Assembly: GCA_964397995.1 (NCBI GenBank)
Contig: CAYNLG010000007.1
Location: 4,998 to 68,997, forward strand
Length of the DNA stretch: 64,000 nt
Reading direction: 5' to 3'
From: an uncultured Anaerolineales bacterium
GTDB taxonomy: Bacteria; Planctomycetota; Phycisphaerae; FEN-1346
The notes beneath the pieces are model-generated. The model did not search any database and had not been told where the DNA came from. It saw nothing but the letters and a program-made list of their open reading frames with translations. Of the stretch, positions 54,001 through 62,444 are shown one piece after another. The translations under genes were made by a program, and so were the position numbers. Every line of letters starts with the position of its first letter. Positions within the stretch are counted from its first letter, which is position 1.

Positions 54001-57000
54001 CGACCGTGACCGGGTCGTCGAAGTCGAGCGTCGCGCCCGTGACGAGGGCGGCGTCGAGGACGGTCGCGCCGTCGGCGTCGGTCTGCAGGAGGCCCAGGGC
54101 GCCGCCGGCGGCGGTGCCGACGTTGCCCTGGAAGCGGGTGGTGCCGCCGCCGTCGGTGTTGACGACGAGGTCGTTGGCCTCGCCCGCCTCGCTATCGACG
54201 ATGTTGGCGAACGTGACGTCGCCCGGCCCGGCCTCGGTGACCGTGAGGTCGTCTTCCACGACAAGCGGGTCGTTGAAGGTGATGGACGCCCCGTCGGTCG
54301 TGACGGCGGTCGTGCCGATGCGGGTGGAGCCGGCGGCGTCGGTCGTGAGCGACTCCAGGCGCCCCGCGCCGCCGACGGCGTCGGCGGCCTCGTTGCCGAA
54401 CCGCGTGACGCCGGCGGCATTGACGAGCAGCGTCCGGTTGTTGCCGGTGAGATCGGCGTTCAGGGTGCCAAGGAACGAGACGTCGGTGCCGGCCGTGAGA
54501 ACGGCGTTCGCGCCGAGGACGACGGCCTCGTTGTAGGTCTGGGCGAGGGTCGTGGTGACGGCGCCGCCGTCGAGGTTGAGCTGGCCGCCCGCGCCGGTCG
54601 TATCGGTCTGGAGGTACTCGATACCGTCGGGGTCGGCGCCGGCGACGAGGCCGCCGCCCACGATGCCGCCCAGGGTCGTGTTGCCGGCCGGGGTGTCCAG
54701 CGTCAGGCCGAAGTCGCTGGTGCCGCCGACGGCGTTGTCCACGGCGTCGATGAGGCCGAGGAAGGCGAGGTTGCCGGCAAGCGAGGTGAAGCCGGCATCG
54801 GCGCCGAGGAGAACGGAGCCGGCGTAGGTCTGGTTGCCGGTGGTGACGATGGTACCGTGGAAGGTGATGATGCCGTCGGTCCCCCCGCCGCCCGAGGTCG
54901 TGTCGACGTCCAGGTCGTCGATGTACTGGCCGCCGGGCGTGTTGTCGAAGTCGCCGAGGGCGACGTCGCCGCCATCGAAGGCGTCGGGCGTCGAGGTGTC
55001 GATCGTGAGGTCGACGAGCAGGGCCGAGGCCGAGACGTCGGCCAGCGAGAGGTCGACGGCCCCCGCGTCGTTGCCGCCGCCCGCCTCGGTGTCGATCAAC
55101 GAGGTCTCCGTCAGGACCCAGTTGCCGGCGAAGGCGATCGGGCCGCCGTCGGACTGGTAGGTGCTGGACGAGGTGATGGTGCCGCCCGCGGCCGCGGTGT
55201 AGCTCTGGCTGCCGGTGGTGGTGACGTCCTTGAGGGCGATGTCGAAGCCGTCGAAGTCGACCGAGGCCAGGACGTTGCCCCCGCCCCCGATGTCGGCCAG
55301 GCAGGTGATGTCGCCGGCGGCGCCGGCATTGACGACCAGGTTCTTCGCCACGGGCGACTGGACGGTGCTGCCGAAGGTGACGTCCTGGCCGGCGGCCCCG
55401 CCGGTCAGGAGCGTGGCGTCCTCGGTCAGGGTCACGGCCCCGGTGTAGACCTGGGCGCCGGTGGTCTCGACGGTGGCGTCGCCGGCGTCGCCGGCGGCAA
55501 AGGCCGTGGTGCCGGAGACGTCGACGCCCGCCAGCGGCGAGGTGTTGCCGACGAAGTCGCCCGCGCTGTTGCCGAAGACGGCGTTGCCGTTGACGTCGAG
55601 CGCCCGGGCCGTCCCGTCGCTGTTGACCGTGCCGCCGAAGGTCGCGGTGGCCGCCGTCAGCGTCACCGTCGGGTCGGCCAGGACCACGCTGTCGAGGAAG
55701 GTGAGCGTGGTGCCCTTCACGACGTCGGTGTCAAGGGTCGTCGTGCCGACGGCGTCGGTCTGGATGAGGCCGAACTCGCGGCCGGCGGTGTTGCCGACGC
55801 GACCGCGGAAGGCCGTGGTCGGCGAGGTGATGACCAGGTCGTTCGTCTCCGCGTTGCCGCTGTTGATGGCCACGTTGAAGTCGACGCTGGTCGTCCCGGT
55901 CAGGGCGGTGTCGACCTCGACGATGACCGGCCGGTCGAAGTCCAGGACGGCGCCCTTGATGACGTCGGTGTTGATGATTGTCGTCCCGCCGTCGAAGCAC
56001 TGCAGCGTATCCAGGGCGGTGGCCGGGCCGGCGTTGCCGATCTGGGCGTTAAGGTCGATGCCGCCGGCGCCGCTCGCGAGGCGCAGGTCCCAGGGGCCCG
56101 CGCCGTCGCCGTCGATCGTGCCGTTGAAGACCAGGTCGCCGCCGTCCAGGACCGTGTCGGCCGCCAGCGTCACCGCCCCGTGGTACGCCTGGGTGTCGGT
56201 GCCCGCGGTCTCGACGGACGGGTTGGCCACGGTGCCGGCGGCGCTGAAGAGGGTCGTCCCCGAGACGTCGACGGTATCCAGCGGGTTCGTGTCGCCGACG
56301 AGGCCGCCGAAGGAGGCGTTGCCGTTGACGTCGAGGTCCCAGGCGCCGTCCACGGTGCCGCCAAAGGCGGCGGTGGCCGCCCCGGGGTTGACCTGGACGT
56401 TGGCCGTGAGCACGAGCGGGTCGGGGATGGTGATCGGCCCGCCCACCGTCGCCAGGGTGTGGCCGAGGAAGACGGTGTCGGCGGCATCAAGCAGGAGCGT
56501 GCCGGCGCCGTCGGATTGGACGGGGCCGAGCACATAGAGGTCGGCCCCGGCGGGGGCGGCCCCGCCGCTCTGGAGCGTCACGTTCGAGTCCGCCCGGACC
56601 TGGACGTTGGCGCCGTCGGCGTCGATGCGGACGCTGTCGGTGCTCGCGGGGGCGCCGGCGTTGAAGACGTCGGACCCGGCGAGCGCGACGTGCTGGACCG
56701 AGTCGACCTGGGCGTCGCCGACGCTCTCGCGGAGCCACACGCCGCCCACGCCGTCGGCGTCGGTGTCGGCCGTCAGGTTGATGTCGTTGCCCGCGCCGGT
56801 GGTCTGGAGGACGGCGTCGAGGATGACGTCGCGGAGGGCCGACCACGTCATGGTCGCCGCCATGGACTGGTCGCCGCCGATGACGGTGTCGGGCGAGCCG
56901 CCGGTCAGGGTCAGGGTGCCGGCCCCGACCACAAGCGTGCCGTTGATGGTGGAGCCGGAGACGGCCAGGGCCCCGCCCGCACCCTTGGCGGTGCTGACGG

Positions 57001-60000
57001 TGTCGCCGGCGTTCAGGGTCAGGTTCAGGCCGGCCGTGCAGGCGATGTCGATGTTGCCGCCGTCGGTGCCGCCCGGATCGGGGGCGCCGCTCGTGACGTC
57101 GCCGTCGATGACGAGGTGGGCCCCCGCGACGCCGGTGTGGTCGAAGTCGATGTCGGCGCCGAGCGTCGTGAGGCTGGCGATGGTGGTATCGGCGGCGGCG
57201 GGCTGGTTGTTGCTGATCCGGACGTTGCCGGCGCCCGAGTTATCGACGTCGAAGCGCTTGGCCTGGGTCTCGAGGGCGTTCGCGGCGCCGATGCCGGTCA
57301 CGGCATCGAGGACCAGGCCGCCGCCCGGGGCGTCCAGGTCGTAGGTGCCGGTGTCGCCGCCGTCGAGGATGCCCGCCGCCACACTCTGAACGGTGATGGC
57401 GTCGTTGGCGGTGTGGGTGGTGACGGCGCGGCCGAGGGTGACGTTGCCGTCGCCGATGAGGGAGACCTTGCCGCTGCCGGCGTCGACGGCGGCCGTGTCG
57501 GCCATGGTGAGGACGGCCGTGTTGCCGGCGTTATCGGCGGTCAGGGAGACGTTGCCGCTCCCGGCCGAGGTGTCGATGCGGACGCCGGCGGCCATCGTGA
57601 CGTCGCCTCCGGCGGTGCCGATGACGGCGCCGTTGCCGGCAGCAACCACGTCGTTGGCCTGGCCGGTGTCATTGAGGATCAGGTTCGTCCCGGCGTTCAG
57701 GTTGATGTTGCCGTTGCCGCCCGAGGCCGCGACCTGGGCGTTGATCGTCAGGTGGTCGTCGTCGCCGCCGTCGTTGGTGGCCGTCAGGGTGATGTCGCCG
57801 CCCGCGCTGTCGGTGACGGCGCTCGAGACCGTGAGGGGGCTGGCGTTGGTGATGACGATGGTGCCGCCGCTCGGCGTCGGGTCGGCGTTCGTGACGCCCG
57901 TGACGCCGTCGAGCGTGCCGATGGTGAGCAGGCCGCCCACGTTATTGGCGATCTGGATGTTGCCGGAGGTGGTGTTGATGGCGGCCAGGTTGCTGACGGC
58001 CGTCTCGAGGGTCGTGCCGCTGGCGATGCCGGTGGTCGCGCGGAGGACGAGGTCGGTGGCCACCACGTCGTTGCCCGCGCCGTTGTTGTCGACGACGGCG
58101 CCGGTGACGTTGAAGTTGGCCTCGTTGCCCGTGACGTCGACGGTGCCGCTCAGGGTCAGGTCGCCGCCGGTATCGACGTCGAGGTCGCCGCTGACCGTCG
58201 AGGCGGCCAGTTCCAGGGCGCCGGCGTCCACCAGGGTCACGTTGTTGCCGCTGGTGATGGTGACGGCGCCGCCGAAGTCGTTCGTCGCCGTGTTAAGCTC
58301 GATGTGGTTGCCCGCCCCGGCCGCCAGCGTGGTCGCCCCCGCGACATCCAGGGCCCCCGTGTCGGTGATCGCCCCGCCGGTCTGCAGGTTCAGCGTGCTG
58401 TCGGTCCGGACCGAGGCGACGGCGACCTCGTCGGCATCGCGGTAGACCAGCGCCCCGGCCGCGTCGTCGTTGTCGGCCTGGTTCCGGGCCAGCAGCGTGA
58501 GGGTGTCGAAGTCGTTGGCGGCGTTGTTCATCGTGACGCCGGCGCCGGCGTCGTTGCGGGTCTTGACAACGAGGGTCGCTCCCTCGAACTGCTCGGCCGT
58601 GTTCAGGGCATTGCCGGCCGCGCCCGCGTCGCCGAGGTTCAGCGTCAGCGTCCCGAGCTCGCCGCCGGCGGCCGTGCCCACGCCGTCGCCGAAGACGACC
58701 GTCGGCGTGTTGACCGTCAGGTCGTTCGCCTCGGCCGCCTCGCTGTCCACGTTCTCGGCAAAGTCCACCGTCGTCGTGCCCGTGAGCGTCGTGTCCACGC
58801 CAACGACCACGTCGTCGTTGAAGTCCAGCGTCGCGCCGGTGACGACGTCCGTATTAATCGTCGTCGTCCCGACGGCGTCGGTCTGGAGCGTGGCGAGGGC
58901 GTCGGTGTTGCCGACCCGGCCGTGAAACGCCGTCGTCGGCGAGACCACCGCCAGGGTGTTCGTCTCCGTGGCCTGGCTGTCCACGGTGCCGCCGAAGTCG
59001 ACGCCGGTCGTGCCGGTCAGCGTCGCCGTGGCCGCGTCGATCAGCACGGCGCTGTTGAAGTCCAGCGTCGCGCCCTTGATGGTCGCGGTGTTGAGGACCG
59101 TGTCGCCGCCGTTGGTGTTGGTCTGGAGGACGTCGATCGGGTTGGCATTGCCGACGGTGTCGTTGAAGGTGATGTCATCACCGGCGCCGGTGGTCGTCAG
59201 GGTGAGGTCCCACGGCCCGCCCGCGCCATCCTCGATGGTGCTGTTGAAGGTGATGCCACCGCCCGTATCGGTGTGGGCCGTGTCGGCCACGAGGACCACG
59301 GGCGTGTTGAAGACGAGGGTGCCGGCGGAGGCGTGGATATCGGCGCCGAGCTCGGTGTTGCCCGCCCCGTCGGTCTGGACGTGGGCGAGCGGGGTGCCGA
59401 CGCTGCCGAGGGCGGCGTTGATGTCGATCAGGCCGGCCCCGCAGTCGAGGTACAGGTCGAACGTGCCCGTCACGGCCCCGTCAATGGTGAGGGTGCCGCC
59501 CGCCGTCGTCACGCTGGAGTCGCCGCTCAGCGTCAGCGACGTGTCGAAGTCGATGTCGAACGCCCCGGCCCCGGTGTCAAGGGCCGCGCCGAGCGTCACT
59601 CCGTCCAGCGTCACGTTCCCGGTGAAGGTGGCGGCGGTATGGAAGTTGGTGCCCGTGTACGTGCCCGCGGGCAGGCTGACCGGGTCGCCGCCGGGCGGCA
59701 CGGCGTCCAGGGCACCCTGGGCGGTGTCGGACCAGGCCACGACGGTCGCCCCGCCGCCCGTGGTCGCGCTGAAGTCCTCGGAGGCGGCGGTGGTGCTGCC
59801 GGTGGCGTACCAGGGCTGGAAATCGACCGTCCGCCCGCCGGGCGTCGTCACCGCGTCGCCCTGGGCGGCCGCGCCGTGCGGGTTGCCGGCGGCGTCCGGG
59901 CCCGTGGCGTGGCCCCACCAGTTCTTCTCGGCCGTCACGTCCAGCGTCGTATGCGCGTGCTGGAGGCCGGCCGTCGTGTTGCCGTCAAAGGTGTTGTAGC

Positions 60001-62332
60001 GGACCGTGAACTGGTCGGGCTTCACGTTGGCCCCGTCGCCGATCAACAGACCGATCGTGTTCGTCGTGAGCGTGTTGTTCTCGATCGTCACGGTGGTCAT
60101 GTCGCCGCTGGCGCCGGGCGAGTACTGGGCGAAACGGAGGCCGTTGACACAGTTGCTGATGATGTTGTCCTCGATCGTCAGGCCACTCGTCCCTGGGCCG
60201 TTCGAGACCAGGATGCCGTTGGCGTACCCGGTGACGGTGTTGGTGTCGATGGCGCTGGCGCCCGTGACGCCGGAGAACTGGATGGCGTACCCGCCGGCGG
60301 GCAGCCCGCCCGGACCGTTCATGAGGTTGGTCGAGACGGTGAGGCCCGAGAGGCTGGGCCCCCAGATGGACCCGTCGCCGACGTCGCCGGCATTGAAGGT
60401 GTTGTTGGAGACGGTCAGCCCCGCCGCCCCGGCCGCGCCGACCGAAATGCCTTGCGTGGCGGCGCCGGTCGTCGTGAACGTGTTGTGCGACAGGGTGACG
60501 TTCTGCGGCGCGTTCTCGAGCTGCACCAGGAACGTGGTCCCCACGCCGCTGGTCACGGTGAAGCCCCGGTCGGCGGCGCCGCCAAGGGTGAACCCGTCGG
60601 CCCCGGCCATCAGGTTGATGCCGACGCCGGCGCCCGGAGTGAGGGTGGCGTTGTCGCGGCCGGTCGCGGAGCGCAGCGTCAGGTTGGCCGTGTTGACGCT
60701 CAGGGTCTCGGCGTAGGCCCCGTCGGCGACGGTGACGGTCGCGCCGGCGGCGGCGACGTCGAGGCCGTTCTGGATGCGGCCGCTCGCGCCGACCGTGACG
60801 GTGGCGGGCGTCCCGCTCAGCGTGCCGCCCAGCGCGATCGCCTGGTTCAGCGCGACCGTCGGGGCCTCCAGCCTGAGGCTGGCCGTATCGGCGCCGGTGA
60901 CGGCCCCGTTGACGGTGATCGTCTCCTCGGCCGCCAGGGTCAGCGTGATGGCGCCCGTCAGGAGGGCGTTGACGCCGGCGTTGGTGATGATGCTGTCGGC
61001 GTCGGCGAAGTCGCCGATGGCGTTGTCGAGGTCGGTGAGGGCGGCTATGTCGTCGCCGAAGCCGCCGCTGCCGTCGATGTCGCCGTCGGCGGGGGTCGCG
61101 CCGCTCACGATGGTGATGGTGTCCGGGTCGAGCAGCAGGTGGCCGCCCGCCCCCGCCGGGGCCGCGAGGTCCGCGCCGCCGAGCATCCGCAGGGTGCCGC
61201 CGGAGACCTCGGCGAAGCCCCCGTCGCCGCCCGCCGCCCCGCCGCGCGCACTGAGGTCGCCCAGAAAGAGGGTCAGCTCGTCGCCCCAGACGACGATGGA
61301 GCCGCCGTCGCCGGCGCCGAGGGCGTCGGCCCGGAGAGTGGAGTCGGCGTCGACGAGGACGCGCGCGGCCGTGGGCAGGTCGCCGCCGCCCATCACGTCG
61401 CCGCCCACGCGGATCGCCCCGCCGCCCGCCTCGCCGGAGGCGTCGACGGTGGCGCCCTCGAGGACGACGCGGTCGCCGAGGACCTCGACGGTGCCGCCGG
61501 GGGCGCCGGGCGCCGCGTCACTGGCGTCGACGGTGCCGGCGAGTTCGACGCGGCCCTGGCCGCCGTCCACCGTCACGCCGCGCGCCTTCAGAAGGCCGTC
61601 GCTGCGGATCGCCAGCGAGAACAGGTCGCCGGCCGCCAGCACCATCCGGCCGCGCCCCGCGTCGGCCGACCCGGCGTTCTCGACGCCGACGCCCTCGGCG
61701 GCGGGGGCGGCGGCGCCTTCGATCTTGACGCCGACGCGGCCGAACTGTTCGCCAATGTAGACGTCCTCGCCGCTCGCCATCACCAGCAGGCCGTCGGTCA
61801 CGGTGACCGACCCGAAGTTGCCGACCTGCCGCCCGACCAGCGTCACGTCGCGGCCGGTGATGTCGCCGTAGTTCATGACGGCGCCGCCGGCGCCGGTGAA
61901 GAGATCGCGGCCGGCCAGGAAGTCGGCGTTGGAGATATGGGCCGCGGCGGCGTACAGGCCGCCCACGTCCACAATCGACGTCGGGCCGAACATCACGCCC
62001 GCCGGGTTCACCCAGTAGACGATGCCGTTGGCGCGGAGCGTCCCGTCCAGGTGGCTCGGTTGCCCGCCCAGGATGCGGTTCAGCACCCGGGCGCTCGCCC
62101 CCGGTTGGATGAACTGCACCGTCTCATGCGGCGCAATGTCGAACCGGTGGTAGTTGATGATGCTGTTATGGCTGGCCGTGACCGTGGTCGTGGCGCCCTG
62201 GCTCTCGATGGCCACGTTGCCACTCACCACCTGGGCGCCTTCCGGCCCCGCCAGGACCGCCGGAAGCGGGCCCACGGTGACCGTCAGCAGGACCGCCAGG
62301 CCAATCCGAACCCCTCGTTGCAGCGTATCCAT
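51017..62332 (-). CDS. two-partner-secretion exoprotein (TpsA / filamentous-haemagglutinin-like), 3771 aa
   Basis: ATG is preceded by GGGAGGTG. Signal peptide, then a TPS domain (VVSGNVAI...TASHNSIINYHRFDIAPHETVQF...ARVLNRILGG...GIVYWVNPAGVMFG). It then has about 3200 aa of Gly/Thr/Asp/Ala/Val beta-helix-type repeats and a non-repetitive ~420-aa C-terminus. Confidence 0.9.
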   Translation of the reverse strand: MDTLQRGVRIGLAVLLTVTVGPLPAVLAGPEGAQVVSGNVAIESQGATTTVTASHNSIINYHRFDIAPHETVQFIQPGASARVLNRILGGQPSHLDGTLRANGIVYWVNPAGVMFGPTSIVDVGGLYAAAAHISNADFLAGRDLFTGAGGAVMNYGDITGRDVTLVGRQVGNFGSVTVTDGLLVMASGEDVYIGEQFGRVGVKIEGAAAPAAEGVGVENAGSADAGRGRMVLAAGDLFSLAIRSDGLLKARGVTVDGGQGRVELAGTVDASDAAPGAPGGTVEVLGDRVVLEGATVDASGEAGGGAIRVGGDVMGGGDLPTAARVLVDADSTLRADALGAGDGGSIVVWGDELTLFLGDLSARGGAAGGDGGFAEVSGGTLRMLGGADLAAPAGAGGHLLLDPDTITIVSGATPADGDIDGSGGFGDDIAALTDLDNAIGDFADADSIITNAGVNALLTGAITLTLAAEETITVNGAVTGADTASLRLEAPTVALNQAIALGGTLSGTPATVTVGASGRIQNGLDVAAAGATVTVADGAYAETLSVNTANLTLRSATGRDNATLTPGAGVGINLMAGADGFTLGGAADRGFTVTSGVGTTFLVQLENAPQNVTLSHNTFTTTGAATQGISVGAAGAAGLTVSNNTFNAGDVGDGSIWGPSLSGLTVSTNLMNGPGGLPAGGYAIQFSGVTGASAIDTNTVTGYANGILVSNGPGTSGLTIEDNIISNCVNGLRFAQYSPGASGDMTTVTIENNTLTTNTIGLLIGDGANVKPDQFTVRYNTFDGNTTAGLQHAHTTLDVTAEKNWWGHATGPDAAGNPHGAAAQGDAVTTPGGRTVDFQPWYATGSTTAASEDFSATTGGGATVVAWSDTAQGALDAVPPGGDPVSLPAGTYTGTNFHTAATFTGNVTLDGVTLGAALDTGAGAFDIDFDTSLTLSGDSSVTTAGGTLTIDGAVTGTFDLYLDCGAGLIDINAALGSVGTPLAHVQTDGAGNTELGADIHASAGTLVFNTPVVLVADTAHTDTGGGITFNSTIEDGAGGPWDLTLTTTGAGDDITFNDTVGNANPIDVLQTNTNGGDTVLNTATIKGATLDFNSAVLIDAATATLTGTTGVDFGGTVDSQATETNTLAVVSPTTAFHGRVGNTDALATLQTDAVGTTTINTDVVTGATLDFNDDVVVGVDTTLTGTTTVDFAENVDSEAAEANDLTVNTPTVVFGDGVGTAAGGELGTLTLNLGDAGAAGNALNTAEQFEGATLVVKTRNDAGAGVTMNNAANDFDTLTLLARNQADNDDAAGALVYRDADEVAVASVRTDSTLNLQTGGAITDTGALDVAGATTLAAGAGNHIELNTATNDFGGAVTITSGNNVTLVDAGALELAASTVSGDLDVDTGGDLTLSGTVDVTGNEANFNVTGAVVDNNGAGNDVVATDLVLRATTGIASGTTLETAVSNLAAINTTSGNIQIANNVGGLLTIGTLDGVTGVTNADPTPSGGTIVITNASPLTVSSAVTDSAGGDITLTATNDGGDDDHLTINAQVAASGGNGNINLNAGTNLILNDTGQANDVVAAGNGAVIGTAGGDVTMAAGVRIDTSAGSGNVSLTADNAGNTAVLTMADTAAVDAGSGKVSLIGDGNVTLGRAVTTHTANDAITVQSVAAGILDGGDTGTYDLDAPGGGLVLDAVTGIGAANALETQAKRFDVDNSGAGNVRISNNQPAAADTTIASLTTLGADIDFDHTGVAGAHLVIDGDVTSGAPDPGGTDGGNIDIACTAGLNLTLNAGDTVSTAKGAGGALAVSGSTINGTLVVGAGTLTLTGGSPDTVIGGDQSMAATMTWSALRDVILDAVLQTTGAGNDINLTADTDADGVGGVWLRESVGDAQVDSVQHVALAGSDVFNAGAPASTDSVRIDADGANVQVRADSNVTLQSGGAAPAGADLYVLGPVQSDGAGTLLLDAADTVFLGHTLATVGGPITIPDPLVLTANVQVNPGAATAAFGGTVDGAWDLDVNGNASFGGLVGDTNPLDTVDVSGTTLFSAAGTVANPSVETAGTDTQAYHGAVTLAADTVLDGGDLVFNGTIDGDGAGPWDLRLASGAGGIDLNAQIGNAGPATALDTLQCFDGGTTIINTDVIKGAVLDFDRPVIVEVDTALTGTTSVDFNVAINSGNAETNDLVITSPTTAFRGRVGNTAGREFGLIQTDAVGTTTLDTDVVKGTTLTFLDSVVLADPTVTLTAATATFGGTVNSDGTARALDVNGNAVFGNSAGDFVGNTSPLAGVDVSGTTAFAAGDAGDATVETTGAQVYTGAVTLTEDATLLTGGAAGQDVTFGSTVQSPVAKNLVVNAGAAGDITCLADIGGGGNVLASVDFDGFDIALKDVTTTGSQSYTAAAGGTITSSSTYQSDGGPIAFAGNWVLTETSLIDTEAGGGNDAGAVDLSLADVSASALLVDLTIDTSTPDAFDGGDVALGDFDNTPGGQYIDDLDVDTTSGGGGTDGIITFHGTIVTTGNQTYAGSVLLGADAGFTSLAGNLAFLGLIDAVDNAVGGTSDFGLTLDTPAGNTTLGGIVGGGLVAGADPDGIEYLQTDTTGAGGQLNLDGGAVTTTLAQTYNEAVVLGANAVLTAGTDVSFLGTLNADLTGNNRTLLVNAAGVTRFGNEAADAVGGAGRLESLTTDAAGSTRIGTTAVTTDGASITFNDPLVVEDDLTVTEAGPGDVTFANIVDSEAGEANDLVVNTDGGGTTRFQGNVGTAAGGALGLLQTDADGATVLDAALVTGATLDFDDPVTVGVDTALTGTTSVDFALAVDSEAGEANDLVITSPDTIFHNRVGNAAGGAFGLLQTDAAGTTLFDTDIVKGADLDFDDAVTLGVDLTATGTTSADFGGTVDSEAGEANDLVVNSPTTGFRGNVGNAAGGALGLLQTDAPGTTTLDTALVKGDVLDFNDNVAVGSDTALTGTTSVDFAGTVDSEAVEANDLVITSPVTQFHGRVGNAAGGALGLLQTDAAGTTTLDTDVVTGSTLDFDDDVDLSSNTTLTGTLSVDFAKSVDGDGTGPYTLLVNSPLTGFQGLVGVAVPLNNVETDAAGVTSINGGRVVTVLDQTYRDGVVLGANTILDAGSDVLFLGTLDADLTANDRTLLVNAAGITRFGDGAADWVGGAGRLESITTDNDAAADYTILGTPVINTDGASITFNDPVLLDSGVVITEFGPGNVTFNQTVDSIAGVAYALTVNTPGGGDTIFQGAVGGDALGALSNNAGLGGFFTDGVGRTLINGGLVTTTGNQVHGDPDILGANTVVNGLNVWFNTINSDALLTPRSLVINAAIDSTFGAPVGYGVNGAYDNRLGDDRPLGPVTVNAGNDINLRQVSTVGDQLYNAGRFIEIFSDFHTGGGNFEFDTNRASPPTIATIFKRAGDVTITTEGGNVSMNKNDKMTIIGYLTIDAGVGGGNVTLGDVNVLEIFEVWAANIQALRRDLGEVLNIQEVAIAENRYPALARPDWIARKMDFHGAGTPTPTDATLAVTDVLGTQAAVGGYYPANLIEYEGALTAENLVGMNTNVVLDLMAEGLSLMNPSDALAGALASVDPPEPGEASPSDAGRRLLQELNLTPRDLSFDELLSVLEAGGQIDDYGANFGQDRVMVALPRFSRSSLGRLVQAYNAVFKTTRLDPVTGQPVLVDSTEAIRAGLQQAWSAYQGGGSAPPEGFVGFLMARSGEHGPALQTMHNLATLLRLIRTIGVTDREYAVASSALLGRLTDGWEGGPTPAQLQAAVEAGGPSLAEGAVATGP
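53100..54300 (-). repeat. five phased ~240-bp (80-aa) tandem repeats inside tpsA
   Basis: The anchor GTCGTTGGCCTCG(C/A)CGGCCTCGCTGTC(C/G)AC recurs at 53441, 53681 and 53921 (exact 240-nt phase) and at 54170. It encodes TALTGTTSVDF..VDSEAGEANDLV..SP.T.F.G.VGNAAGGALGLLQTDA.GTT.LDT..V.G..LDF.D. Diverged copies lie near 55700-56000 and 58650-59110. Confidence 0.8.
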
Positions 62333-62444
62333 CGCCCACCTCCCTACAGGAACGTGTCCGCCCTGCGCTAGCCGCGATGTCAGGTCTGTCCGTCCCGTCC
62401 CGCCGGGGCCGGCGGCCCGTCACGCCGGGCCGGGGCCGGCGGCG

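Noticed and set aside
51857-62371. 3504-aa plus-strand ORF
   Set aside because: It is antisense to tpsA. Its stop-free state follows from the GNN/GCC-rich repeat codons of the beta-helix repeats. The product is low-complexity (G/D/V/A/R only).
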